Of a stretch of DNA of 56,823 bases, positions 30,427 to 38,644 are shown one piece after another. The DNA is from an uncultured Salinivenus sp. (GTDB lineage: Bacteria > Bacteroidota > Rhodothermia > Rhodothermales > Salinibacteraceae): positions 1-56,823 of the forward strand of contig CAYRPX010000001.1 of assembly GCA_964426195.1 (NCBI GenBank), written 5' to 3'. A program made the translations under genes and the position numbers. Under the pieces are notes generated by a model that ran no database searches, was not told the DNA's origin, and saw only the letters and a list, made by a program, of their open reading frames with translations. How positions within the stretch are numbered: position 1 is the first letter of the stretch; each line of letters starts with the position of its first letter.

Positions 30427-31653
30427 TTACGCCGCAGCGTTTTCCAGCACCTCGCGAATGCGATAGGCGACCGTGTTCACTTCCTCGTCCCCCATCATCC
30501 ACGTCGCTACGCTTATGCCGTTGGACCCGCCCCCGGTTTCAATCGAGGGATGCCCCTGCTTCAATTGCTCGTCGGCTTCAGACGGCGTAATCTGTACCTG
30601 ATCTTGGTCCCAGGTGATTCGGAGGGAGGGCACGTGATTCGCAATGTCCGGCACGTAGTACTCCGTCTCCACTCCCGGAATGGGGTCGACGGTTTCCTGA
30701 ATGGACTCGATCTGCGACTTCCAGTGGGCCCACTGCTCCTCGTGGTCCAGCTCCAGGTACCGCTCTACCGCCACCATCATCGCGAGGACCTCCTCCTTGT
30801 TCACTTTCATGCCGCGCCCAATGTTGTTTCCCCGAGGAGGCGCGTGCAGCCGGGCTGCCCGAATTAGGTCCTCTCGACCGAGCAGAAGCCCAGCGCTCTG
30901 GGGGCCGCGCAGTCCTTTTCCTCCGGAAAAGGCAACCAGATCGAAGCCCATGTCCGTGTACTGCCACAGACGACGCTTCGGCGGCACGTCCGCGGCACAG
31001 TCGTTAAAGGTGGGAATGTCGTGCTTCTCCCCGACGGCCACCAGTTCCTCCTTGTCGACCGAGGAGCCGTTGTAGGCATTGAGGACGAAAAGCATCGCCG
31101 TATTCTCATTGATCGCTTCCTCCAGCTCCTGGCGATTCTCGACCTCAATGAGCGTGGCCCCGGTATTTTTTAGGGCATGGACGTAGCCGATGGAATGGGG
31201 CGGTTTCAGGACAATCACCTCATCCTTGAGTCCGTCCGTATTGGGAAGTTGACTGACCTTGTCCCGGTCCTGCCTGCACATGACGCCGGCCAGGCCCAGG
31301 GTCATTGCGCTGAATGCTCCAGAGGTAACGGTGGCATATTCACACCCGATCATCTCGGCGATCCGCTCCCCAGCTTTGTCCTGGATCGCATCGAGATTCA
31401 CGTAATGATGGGTGGCGTAATTCCAGGCATCCCGAACCTCGGGGGGCATCCGGGAGCCCGACAACGCGGTGATCGTTCCGTGAGCGTTGATAAAGGTCCG
31501 CAGCCCCAGCTCGTTGAAATAGTCTCGGTACGCCCCCGTCGACGCCGCGGATTGGGCAAGATCTGAGTCAAAGTCGGCCCCCAGCCCGCCCAAAAAGCCT
31601 CCCACGAGGGGGAGGCTTGCGAGCTTCTGAAGGACTTGCCGTCTGCTAATCAT
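30427..31653 (-). CDS. SelA-like/DgaE-like PLP-dependent enzyme with Tat signal, paralog 1
   Basis: MISRRQVLQK twin-Arg signal. INAHGTIT, DCAAD, FSGGKGLRGPQSAG, IGRGMKVNKEE. Confidence 0.88.
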   Translation of the reverse strand: MISRRQVLQKLASLPLVGGFLGGLGADFDSDLAQSAASTGAYRDYFNELGLRTFINAHGTITALSGSRMPPEVRDAWNYATHHYVNLDAIQDKAGERIAEMIGCEYATVTSGAFSAMTLGLAGVMCRQDRDKVSQLPNTDGLKDEVIVLKPPHSIGYVHALKNTGATLIEVENRQELEEAINENTAMLFVLNAYNGSSVDKEELVAVGEKHDIPTFNDCAADVPPKRRLWQYTDMGFDLVAFSGGKGLRGPQSAGLLLGREDLIRAARLHAPPRGNNIGRGMKVNKEEVLAMMVAVERYLELDHEEQWAHWKSQIESIQETVDPIPGVETEYYVPDIANHVPSLRITWDQDQVQITPSEADEQLKQGHPSIETGGGSNGISVATWMMGDEEVNTVAYRIREVLENAAA

Positions 31654-31759
31654 GGGGTAACAAGAGATGAACTCGGAAATAGTGCAGCTGCAACCGCCCC
31701 CTTCCACACAACGATTCCAACACGCCGCGCTGTGGAAGAAAACGTTCCTCAAAGAGAGA

Positions 31760-32266
31760 CTACTCTTCGAGGGCCGCAATCACGTCCATCTCCACGAGCG
31801 AATCGCCGGGGACGCCGCCGTACGTCGCAACCGTCGAGCGCACCGGGGGATTTTCCCCAAACCGGCCCCGAAAGACCTCGTTCATGGGATCATAATCCTT
31901 TAGGTCGTGCAGATACACCGTTACTTTCAGGGCCTGCTCCATGGACGAGCCCGCCTTTTCGAGCCGTTCTTGCATTTGATTCAGGACGTGATCGGTATGG
32001 TCCTGCACATCCCCGTCGAAATGGGCGCCGATGCCGGCCAGATACACCAATCCATCGTGAACGATGACGCCAGAAAAGAGAGGATCATCCTGATGCGTCA
32101 CGACCTTTCCCTCCCGTTGCTTTCCCAACTTACTCTCGTCCCGAGATGACGCCTCAGCCGACTGCGAGGTCACGGCGCCGAGACCGAAGGAGGCCAAATA
32201 CGCCCCCGCCTGCTTAAAAAACGAGCGGCGGTTCTCGTCGGAGTTGTCCTGTGTGGATTGACTCAT
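31760..32266 (-). CDS. RidA-family enamine/imine deaminase with Tat signal
   Basis: NRRSFFKQ twin-Arg motif, hydrophobic stretch and AEA site. KVTVYL, MNEVF, PPVRSTV (catalytic Arg), LVEMD. Confidence 0.9.
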   Translation of the reverse strand: MSQSTQDNSDENRRSFFKQAGAYLASFGLGAVTSQSAEASSRDESKLGKQREGKVVTHQDDPLFSGVIVHDGLVYLAGIGAHFDGDVQDHTDHVLNQMQERLEKAGSSMEQALKVTVYLHDLKDYDPMNEVFRGRFGENPPVRSTVATYGGVPGDSLVEMDVIAALEE

Positions 32267-32334
32267 AGTAATCGGCAGTGTCCAAAGTAGTTATTACAGT
32301 GATAGACTTTCCTTTTTCATTCCTCACGTAACTT

Positions 32335-33357
32335 CTAGTCCGTTCTTTCTTGACGCAACTTCCAGCTCCGACCCGGCCGCTCGACCCGAAATGTCTCAAT
32401 GTTTCCTTGGTCGGCCACAGTGACGTAGGCCCGTCGTCCCTCCTCCCCTCCAAAGGCAATGTTGGTCGGCTCCTTTCCGGCCAATTCGATTTCCCGCAGC
32501 ACCTCTCCCTCCGGTGACACCTTCGCAACCGTGCCCTTTCCGTGCCGGGTAATGTAGAGATTGCCGTCTACGTCGGTGCGCATTCCATCCATGCCATAGT
32601 CGGAGAATTCAGTCAGCAACCGCTTGTTGCTAACCTCTCCCTCCTCAGAAAGATCATACGCCCACACGTTCCGCTGGACCGACTCGTTCACGTAGAGCGT
32701 CTCCTCGTCCGGACCGACCTCGATCCCGTTGGTCGTTCCCATGTCGGCCTCCAGGAGGGTTGTACTCCCGTCCGGGCCGATCCGCCAGATCTGACCGGTG
32801 TCTTCGCCCCAGTTCGGATCGCTGGCGTAAATCAGGTCATTGGCCCCAATCGCGAGGTCGTTCGGCTGATTCATGCGCGGCTCGTGGGCAAATACCTCCA
32901 CGTCGCGGGCGTCCATCTCAATAGCCAGCACATTGTGGCCCGTGTAATCGGCCACGAACATCGTCCCCTCGCTATCGAAGCGGATGCCATTGCCCCGGCT
33001 TCCCTCCGGAAGGTCGACGAAGACGCTCGCCGCACCGGACGGCGTTACCTGCCCGATGGTGTGATTTCGTTCGTAATCGACCGCATAGACATTTCCTTTA
33101 GCATCCACCGCCGGTCCCTCCACGCCCGAGGTAAAACTGCCGGGGGGCGTAAGAGCGCTGCTCGTATATAGGTTCCCATTGGTCCCGGTGCTCGGAGAAC
33201 CGTTGCCGTCAGCCGTCTCGTTGTCTCCTCCACAGCCTCCTATCAAGAGGCCGATCCCGATGAGGAGAGACAGGGAACCCAGAACAAATGGAATCTCTAG
33301 GAAGCTTGTCTCGGAGAGCCCGCTACTACTCGAGAATCTCCAACAGAAAGGACGCAT
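32335..33357 (-). CDS. SMP-30/gluconolactonase family lipoprotein
   Basis: VEGPA, GNG, QPNDL, TNGI, GMDGMRTDVDGNLY, PTNIAFGG; lipobox IGGC. Confidence 0.92.
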   Translation of the reverse strand: MRPFCWRFSSSSGLSETSFLEIPFVLGSLSLLIGIGLLIGGCGGDNETADGNGSPSTGTNGNLYTSSALTPPGSFTSGVEGPAVDAKGNVYAVDYERNHTIGQVTPSGAASVFVDLPEGSRGNGIRFDSEGTMFVADYTGHNVLAIEMDARDVEVFAHEPRMNQPNDLAIGANDLIYASDPNWGEDTGQIWRIGPDGSTTLLEADMGTTNGIEVGPDEETLYVNESVQRNVWAYDLSEEGEVSNKRLLTEFSDYGMDGMRTDVDGNLYITRHGKGTVAKVSPEGEVLREIELAGKEPTNIAFGGEEGRRAYVTVADQGNIETFRVERPGRSWKLRQERTD

Positions 33358-33600
33358 AGGGAACAGTGATCGAGGTGGGGGAATGGGTTCAGGGAAAAAC
33401 CCAGATCAGAGACATTTTCCGGTTCCGGAACGAACAAGTCGCTCCCGTAAATTTCAAACCGGTCAGCTCAAAAACTCCCGCATGCCAGAGTCACTCCGCC
33501 ACCGGCCGGTACCGAATCACGCTCGTGAGTACGGTAAATACTGTCAAGCGCACCTGAGAGGATAAGGGCTCTCCAAGTGGTTATCAAGGAGGAGTTAAAC

Positions 33601-33614
33601 TGGAATCGGTTCCA
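33601..33614. promoter_or_regulatory. LacI-type operator-like palindrome TGGAATCGGTTCCA
   Basis: One mismatch from the perfect palindrome TGGAACCGGTTCCA. Lies 244 bp upstream of the gluconolactonase start; a sister site lies upstream of susC. Confidence 0.6.
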
Positions 33615-33701
33615 TATCGCAGTATACGACCGCACCAAATAACGAATGTCACGTTCGGTGACGGTAGCGGACTCCCCCCCTTATCCTCGCGCTCCAGGTG
33701 T

Positions 33702-33729
33702 TGCGTGTCGCATTGTGCGTGTCGCATTG
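33702..33729. repeat. Perfect 14-bp tandem repeat (TGCGTGTCGCATTG x2)
   Basis: Copies at 33702-33715 and 33716-33729. Confidence 0.9.
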
Positions 33730-33965
33730 TTAAACAGTGTGTGGACGGTCGCCGGTTTTTACGCCGCGACAAAGGATTGGCGCTCCGAAAGAAGCAGTCA
33801 TTCTCGGTAGCACCACTGTTCATCGGCCAGTTGGAGCCGGTAGTTGAGGGTCAAGTGCAATTTGTGCGGATTTCATCCCTCCTCAGTCGAAGACACCAAG
33901 GCGCGCTTCCAGGGGCAGTAGGAGCCACAAAGCTCCCCCTCCAACGAGAAAGCGAAAAGTTTTTC

Positions 33966-36212
33966 CTACCAGTTAAACGTATAGGTGTACTTGAGCATCA
34001 CGGCCCGCTGACTGCTAAGGGGAAGTCGAGGCCCCATTTCGACGAACCGGCCGGTGTTGAGCCGCTCGTTATAGACGAGGTACAGGTCGTTGCCCTGCCT
34101 CGGGTTGTACCGGAACCGGAGGTTGCCGATGGCCACCTCCCGGGCGCTGTTATACTGAACAAACGCCGAAATCGAGTACTCGACGTTCGGAGTAACCTCG
34201 GCGCGGAGGCGCCCGACGTGGGCAGTAAGTTGTTGGTTCCGGTCCGGAAATCCGATTCGATTCAGCTGATAAAAGCCGCTGATCCGCAGGTAGCGGGAGA
34301 CATTCCAGGTGGGGTTGACCTCGAGGATGGAGCGCCATCCGTCGTAGAAGCTCCCCCCGATCACTTCGATGTCGGTTCGCAGGTCCCACCCGCTGGGCAT
34401 CCCGTAGCTGATTTCCCCATTATAGAAGGCGTAGCGGCCCGCCGGCACGCGCGCCCCTTCCGGCAAAGCAAAGGCTCCCCGCAGGTCCTCCACCCGGCGG
34501 GTGGCCTCGAGAATGAGGCTGTGGCCGGCATTGCCCGTCATCTCCCACTCCGGGCCAAGCTCCAGAGACTGAAGCGTCCCGTCTGCGTTCCGGACATAGA
34601 CCTCTCCCTCCAGATTGAGTCGGTGCCGCTGGATCGAGGAGCCCTCACCAGGGACCCAGCCGTAGCCAATCCGGTCGCCGAACCGAAAGTAGTTGTCTCT
34701 CAGCTCCAGCCCCACACCCGGCTCGTAGCGACGGCCGGCCCGGTCGTACCGCAGATTGTAGTTGAATCCGCTGTAGGCGCGGTCCTCCCACCGGAGGTGC
34801 ATCCGCGTTGGATCGAGAGAGGCAAACTCGTTGGGGATTCCGTCTTGGAAGGTCTGCGCCCACTTGGCCGTCAGGTACTGCTGGCTCTCGACTCGAAAGA
34901 GGCCGTCGAGCCCGTAGGCGACGTTGTAGGTGCCGTCCAGTCCCAGTCGTGGAATCAGGATGCCGCCAACGTGCGAATCTTCGTTCATAACGTCCCGCTG
35001 GACACGCACCACCCCGAAGTTCTCCGACGGCAGCGTCTCCCCGCCCGTCCCAATCTGGGACTCACGGGCCGTTTGCATGTCCAAAATTCCGATGTCCCAG
35101 GGCCCTTGGCGGCCGACCATGCGGGCTCCCCCCAGGATGCGGACCTGTTTCCCCTGGTGGAGCCCAATGCGGCGGCTGTAAAAAAGGCGGTTGGGCTGGC
35201 CGAAGCCGAAAGCGAAGGTGCTGGCCCGCTCGAGGAAAAACCGCCGTTTCTCCGGGAAGAAGAGAGGGAACCGGGTGAGGTTCACCTGCTCGTCGTCGGC
35301 CTCGACCTGGGCGAAGTCGGTGTTGAGCGTCAGGTCGAGGGTAAAGTTGGAGGTAAGCCCGTACTTGACATCCAGCCCGGCGTCATAGGTCGGGTCGGTC
35401 TGTCGCTCATAGGCGGTCTCAGCGTTGTTCAAGACGGACTGCTGGCCAACTCCGCCCAGCAGGTAGGGCGTCACGCGAAGAGGCGGTCTCGGCTCAACAT
35501 CTTCAAAGACGATGTCCTGAAATTGCGAAGGCTTGTACCTGCTCCAGTTTCCCCATTCGGGCGGAATTTCGGGGAACACAATCCATTCCGACTCCCGGGC
35601 CACAAATCGCAACATTGAAAGGCCCATTGTAACGTGGGCCTTCTCTACAGTAAAGCGAAGACTGGAAACCGGAATGCGCATTTCAGCGAACCAGCCGTCC
35701 TCGTGTTGGCGAACCTCCACGCTCCAGAAGGTATCCCGGTCAAAATCGATCGGACGATCTCCAGAAGCGTCGTTGAAGACGGCCAGGTCCGTTCGCAGTC
35801 CGGTGGGCGTCGTCAAAAACCCCAGCGCGTTCTCGTTGTCGTTAAAGGTGTCCAGTACGAGCCCGAAATAGTCCGAATCCCCCTCAAAGTAGTCCCGACG
35901 AAAAGATGGAGTCGAGGGGGCGAGGCGATCGTAGCACCGGCAGGCCGCGTAGAGATAATCCTCTGTATAGCCGATGAGTAATTCCGTGTTCTCGGTGGGA
36001 TCCGCCCCAAAATTGGGCATGTGCTGGACGGCCGGAAGCCGCCGCGCATCCGTCCAGGCGGACTCCTCAATCCGGCCATCCAACTCGATCTCGCCCTTAA
36101 TCTTTGGAATGACCAGCTCATCCGGGCTGGATTGGCCAGAGGCTTCAGGAGCGAAGCCCGCTACCATCATCGGAACCACCAATATTACTACGAGCCGGGT
36201 CCTGTGACGCAT
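33966..36212 (-). CDS. CBM9-like + DUF5916 outer-membrane protein
   Basis: IELDG.IEE..W, LDTFND, GWFAEMRIP.SSLRF, LDLTLNTDFAQVEAD...NLTRFPLFFPEKRRFFLE, FYSRRIG; aromatic C-terminus KYTYTFNW. Confidence 0.88.
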   Translation of the reverse strand: MRHRTRLVVILVVPMMVAGFAPEASGQSSPDELVIPKIKGEIELDGRIEESAWTDARRLPAVQHMPNFGADPTENTELLIGYTEDYLYAACRCYDRLAPSTPSFRRDYFEGDSDYFGLVLDTFNDNENALGFLTTPTGLRTDLAVFNDASGDRPIDFDRDTFWSVEVRQHEDGWFAEMRIPVSSLRFTVEKAHVTMGLSMLRFVARESEWIVFPEIPPEWGNWSRYKPSQFQDIVFEDVEPRPPLRVTPYLLGGVGQQSVLNNAETAYERQTDPTYDAGLDVKYGLTSNFTLDLTLNTDFAQVEADDEQVNLTRFPLFFPEKRRFFLERASTFAFGFGQPNRLFYSRRIGLHQGKQVRILGGARMVGRQGPWDIGILDMQTARESQIGTGGETLPSENFGVVRVQRDVMNEDSHVGGILIPRLGLDGTYNVAYGLDGLFRVESQQYLTAKWAQTFQDGIPNEFASLDPTRMHLRWEDRAYSGFNYNLRYDRAGRRYEPGVGLELRDNYFRFGDRIGYGWVPGEGSSIQRHRLNLEGEVYVRNADGTLQSLELGPEWEMTGNAGHSLILEATRRVEDLRGAFALPEGARVPAGRYAFYNGEISYGMPSGWDLRTDIEVIGGSFYDGWRSILEVNPTWNVSRYLRISGFYQLNRIGFPDRNQQLTAHVGRLRAEVTPNVEYSISAFVQYNSAREVAIGNLRFRYNPRQGNDLYLVYNERLNTGRFVEMGPRLPLSSQRAVMLKYTYTFNW

Positions 36213-36488
36213 ATCCCACACCCTTTCCCCTAGAGAATCATGGAGGGAAAATATCGCACGGATTGCCTCTAAAGATAAACCCGACCTAAACACGTTCATT
36301 AGAACGGTGTCTCAAAAGTGCCATTCGAACCGGGCATTAACACCGAGACTGCTGTTTGCGACGGCTCAGGTGGGTGTCAACAACGGCATATACACGAAAC
36401 CCCTCTTTTGACCGGCCTGCTGACACAATGTCAATCGTGATGGATCGGGTCGAGAAGTGCGCTCTCAAAGAGGGGGGCAATAACGAAA

Positions 36489-36561
36489 AGAAGGCTTCCT
36501 CTACAACCGGCCGCGGAAGAAACTGAGTAGCCGCCGGGCTTGGTTGCAGAGGAAGCCTTCT
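36489..36561 (-). terminator. Long hairpin followed by T-run (terminator-like)
   Basis: AGAAGGCTTCCTCTACAACC / GGTTGCAGAGGAAGCCTTCT, 19/20 complementary; minus-strand 3' tail is T-rich. Confidence 0.6.
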
Positions 36562-36670
36562 ATGTCCACCGATCCAAGTCTACCGATCCAACTATCGGGG
36601 ACTTCGTTCCAATGGGTGCCGGGGTGAATCCGACACCACTACACACGTGAGACGCCAGAACTACGCCCGT

Positions 36671-36705
36671 GAAAAGAGTGCCAGCGGGGGGAACCGCTGG
36701 CACTC
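36671..36705 (-). terminator. Rho-independent terminator downstream of susD
   Basis: 12-bp perfect stem GAGTGCCAGCGG/CCGCTGGCACTC followed by TTTT on the minus strand. Confidence 0.7.
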
Positions 36706-36806
36706 CTTGGGCACGAACGGGAAGGAAAAAACCTTGCCTAAGGAGAGAGGGAGACAGGTCGTCTCGTCCCTCTCACCTCATCGGGGCATAGGGGTTTGAT
36801 CTCCCG

Positions 36807-38438
36807 CTATTGTTGATCTCCCAGCCCTTCAGAGGCCGCGGCATCTCGAGCATCCCACCACACCTTTGTGTTATTCTGATCGGGACCATTCACCAGGAGG
36901 TCACTCGCATTTTCCGTGGCCTGCGTATTGTTATTGTACTCACTGGTCGTAAAGCTCATCCTTCTGAAGATGTCGTCCTCCTCAAGATTCGGGTTGCGGG
37001 AGCTAATGATGGGGTAGAGCTTCGGATACCCGGTGCGTCGAAGCTCCGCGAACGCCTCCAGGGAGACGGGATAGAGGGCCAGCCACTTCTGGGTGATGAT
37101 CTGCTCCAGCTTCGTCTCGAAGTCGGCGCTCGACTGAAACTTCACCGGAATGTCGCTCATCGGCCCGGAATTCCACCGATCATCCGGATCTGCAGGAGTA
37201 CTGGTCCGATTGAGATACGCATCAACCTCGCTTGAAGAGGCCCCCGTCCTGTCCTCCGTAAGGGACATTCGGATTCCCTCTTCGTACATGTCTTGGGCCG
37301 ACCCTCCCATGTTCCAGCCAAGGAGGGCTCCCTCGGCGCGCAGGAGGTAAATCTCCGCCGCGTGCATGACCTCCACCGGAGGGTTCGTTCCGCCCCGTCC
37401 CGGCGGCAGGTACGGCTCCGCCATGTCGGAATAGGTGGAATTAAGCTCCGTTCCTTTGTCTTCCCGGTCGAGACCATTCCTCATGCCCTCGAACAGGCTC
37501 CCATCGCCATCCTGGTCCTGCCCACTCTGCGCGGGACTAAAGAACGCGTCGATTCGAGGATCGTCGTATCCCTCGAGCAGGCTTTCCATCGACGCACTCA
37601 TCCGGAACTCTCCCCAGTTGGTGATGACGTTGTAGGCGTTTTCATTATTCTGACTCGTAAAGAGATTCGCGTTGTGGGCATTGCTCTCCATCACGCCCGG
37701 GCCTCGAGTAATCGCCTCTTCGGCCTCCGTCTGGGCCTTATCCGGCATCTGGTGCCGGATGCGCATCGCCGCCCGGAGCTGGAGGGAATTCGCAAACCGC
37801 ATCCACTTGTTTATCGCATTATCGACGTAAATCAGGTCATTGCTTCCAAACCCGCTGGCCCCTGAATTATTTTGCAACGTACTGACGGCACTGTCCAGCC
37901 GGTCGAAGAAATCCAGATAAATGTCTTCCTGCGCATCGTAGGGCACGGTTTCCTCTCCGTTCCCGAACTCCGAATATGGGATTGGCCCCCAGTAGTCCGT
38001 CATGCGCTGATAGATTTCAACCCTCCAGATATTTGCAATTGCAAGCCGCGCCGGCAAGTCATTCTCTGCAGCGAAGTCCCTGACAAATTTCAGCTGGGGA
38101 GCCGCCGTGCCGTAGAAGTTATTCCAGCCCGAATCGATCCAGTCGGCCACCTCGATGTACTGGTCGGAATCAAAATACGGGGCCGTGGTCGCAAAATACT
38201 GGGTATAGAGATCGCCAAATAACGACTTGTGGATCTGATGCCCGACGCCGGCTCCGGCGTGCATCCCGGCCCACTGGGATCGGGCGAAGGCCTGGCCAAG
38301 CGTGGTGGCATCCACGTTCGCCGCCGAAAGTTGCCGATCCGGGGTATTCAACTCCTCGTAGTGATCCGTACATCCGGGGAGGAAGACGAACAGTGCCAGA
38401 ATGAAGAGACTCGCGAGTTTTGTCGTAATACTTTTCAT
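36807..38438 (-). CDS. susD: SusD/RagB family lipoprotein (SusD-like 2 type)
   Basis: Lipobox LPGC; TDYWGPIPYS, KWMRFANSL.LR, DDPR, AEIYLLRAE, IITQKWLA, RRTGYP, KVWWD; follows susC. Confidence 0.93.
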   Translation of the reverse strand: MKSITTKLASLFILALFVFLPGCTDHYEELNTPDRQLSAANVDATTLGQAFARSQWAGMHAGAGVGHQIHKSLFGDLYTQYFATTAPYFDSDQYIEVADWIDSGWNNFYGTAAPQLKFVRDFAAENDLPARLAIANIWRVEIYQRMTDYWGPIPYSEFGNGEETVPYDAQEDIYLDFFDRLDSAVSTLQNNSGASGFGSNDLIYVDNAINKWMRFANSLQLRAAMRIRHQMPDKAQTEAEEAITRGPGVMESNAHNANLFTSQNNENAYNVITNWGEFRMSASMESLLEGYDDPRIDAFFSPAQSGQDQDGDGSLFEGMRNGLDREDKGTELNSTYSDMAEPYLPPGRGGTNPPVEVMHAAEIYLLRAEGALLGWNMGGSAQDMYEEGIRMSLTEDRTGASSSEVDAYLNRTSTPADPDDRWNSGPMSDIPVKFQSSADFETKLEQIITQKWLALYPVSLEAFAELRRTGYPKLYPIISSRNPNLEEDDIFRRMSFTTSEYNNNTQATENASDLLVNGPDQNNTKVWWDARDAAASEGLGDQQ

Positions 38439-38644
38439 GATAACAAACCCTATTTGGTAGAGATCTCAGAATAATGCTGCCGTCGAACAGTCGTCAGTGC
38501 AGGCGATCCGAAGCCCCTTCTACCCTCCCCTGCTGTCGTGAATGCGACCCTGTTCACATGGTTCGCACCCGAAAACAGGGGAGGGCAGAATGTTACATTC
38601 AAGCTCTCCCTCGGATGGCTTGTGAGGATTGCCTCAATCGGCAC

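Noticed and set aside
29004-31653. Selenocysteine synthase (selA) assignment
   Set aside because: Tat signals, DgaE-like GRGMKVNKE motif and absence of selB/selC/selD context.
33705-35618. 637-aa + strand ORF
   Set aside because: Antisense shadow of the DUF5916 gene; no motifs; typical of GC-rich codon bias.
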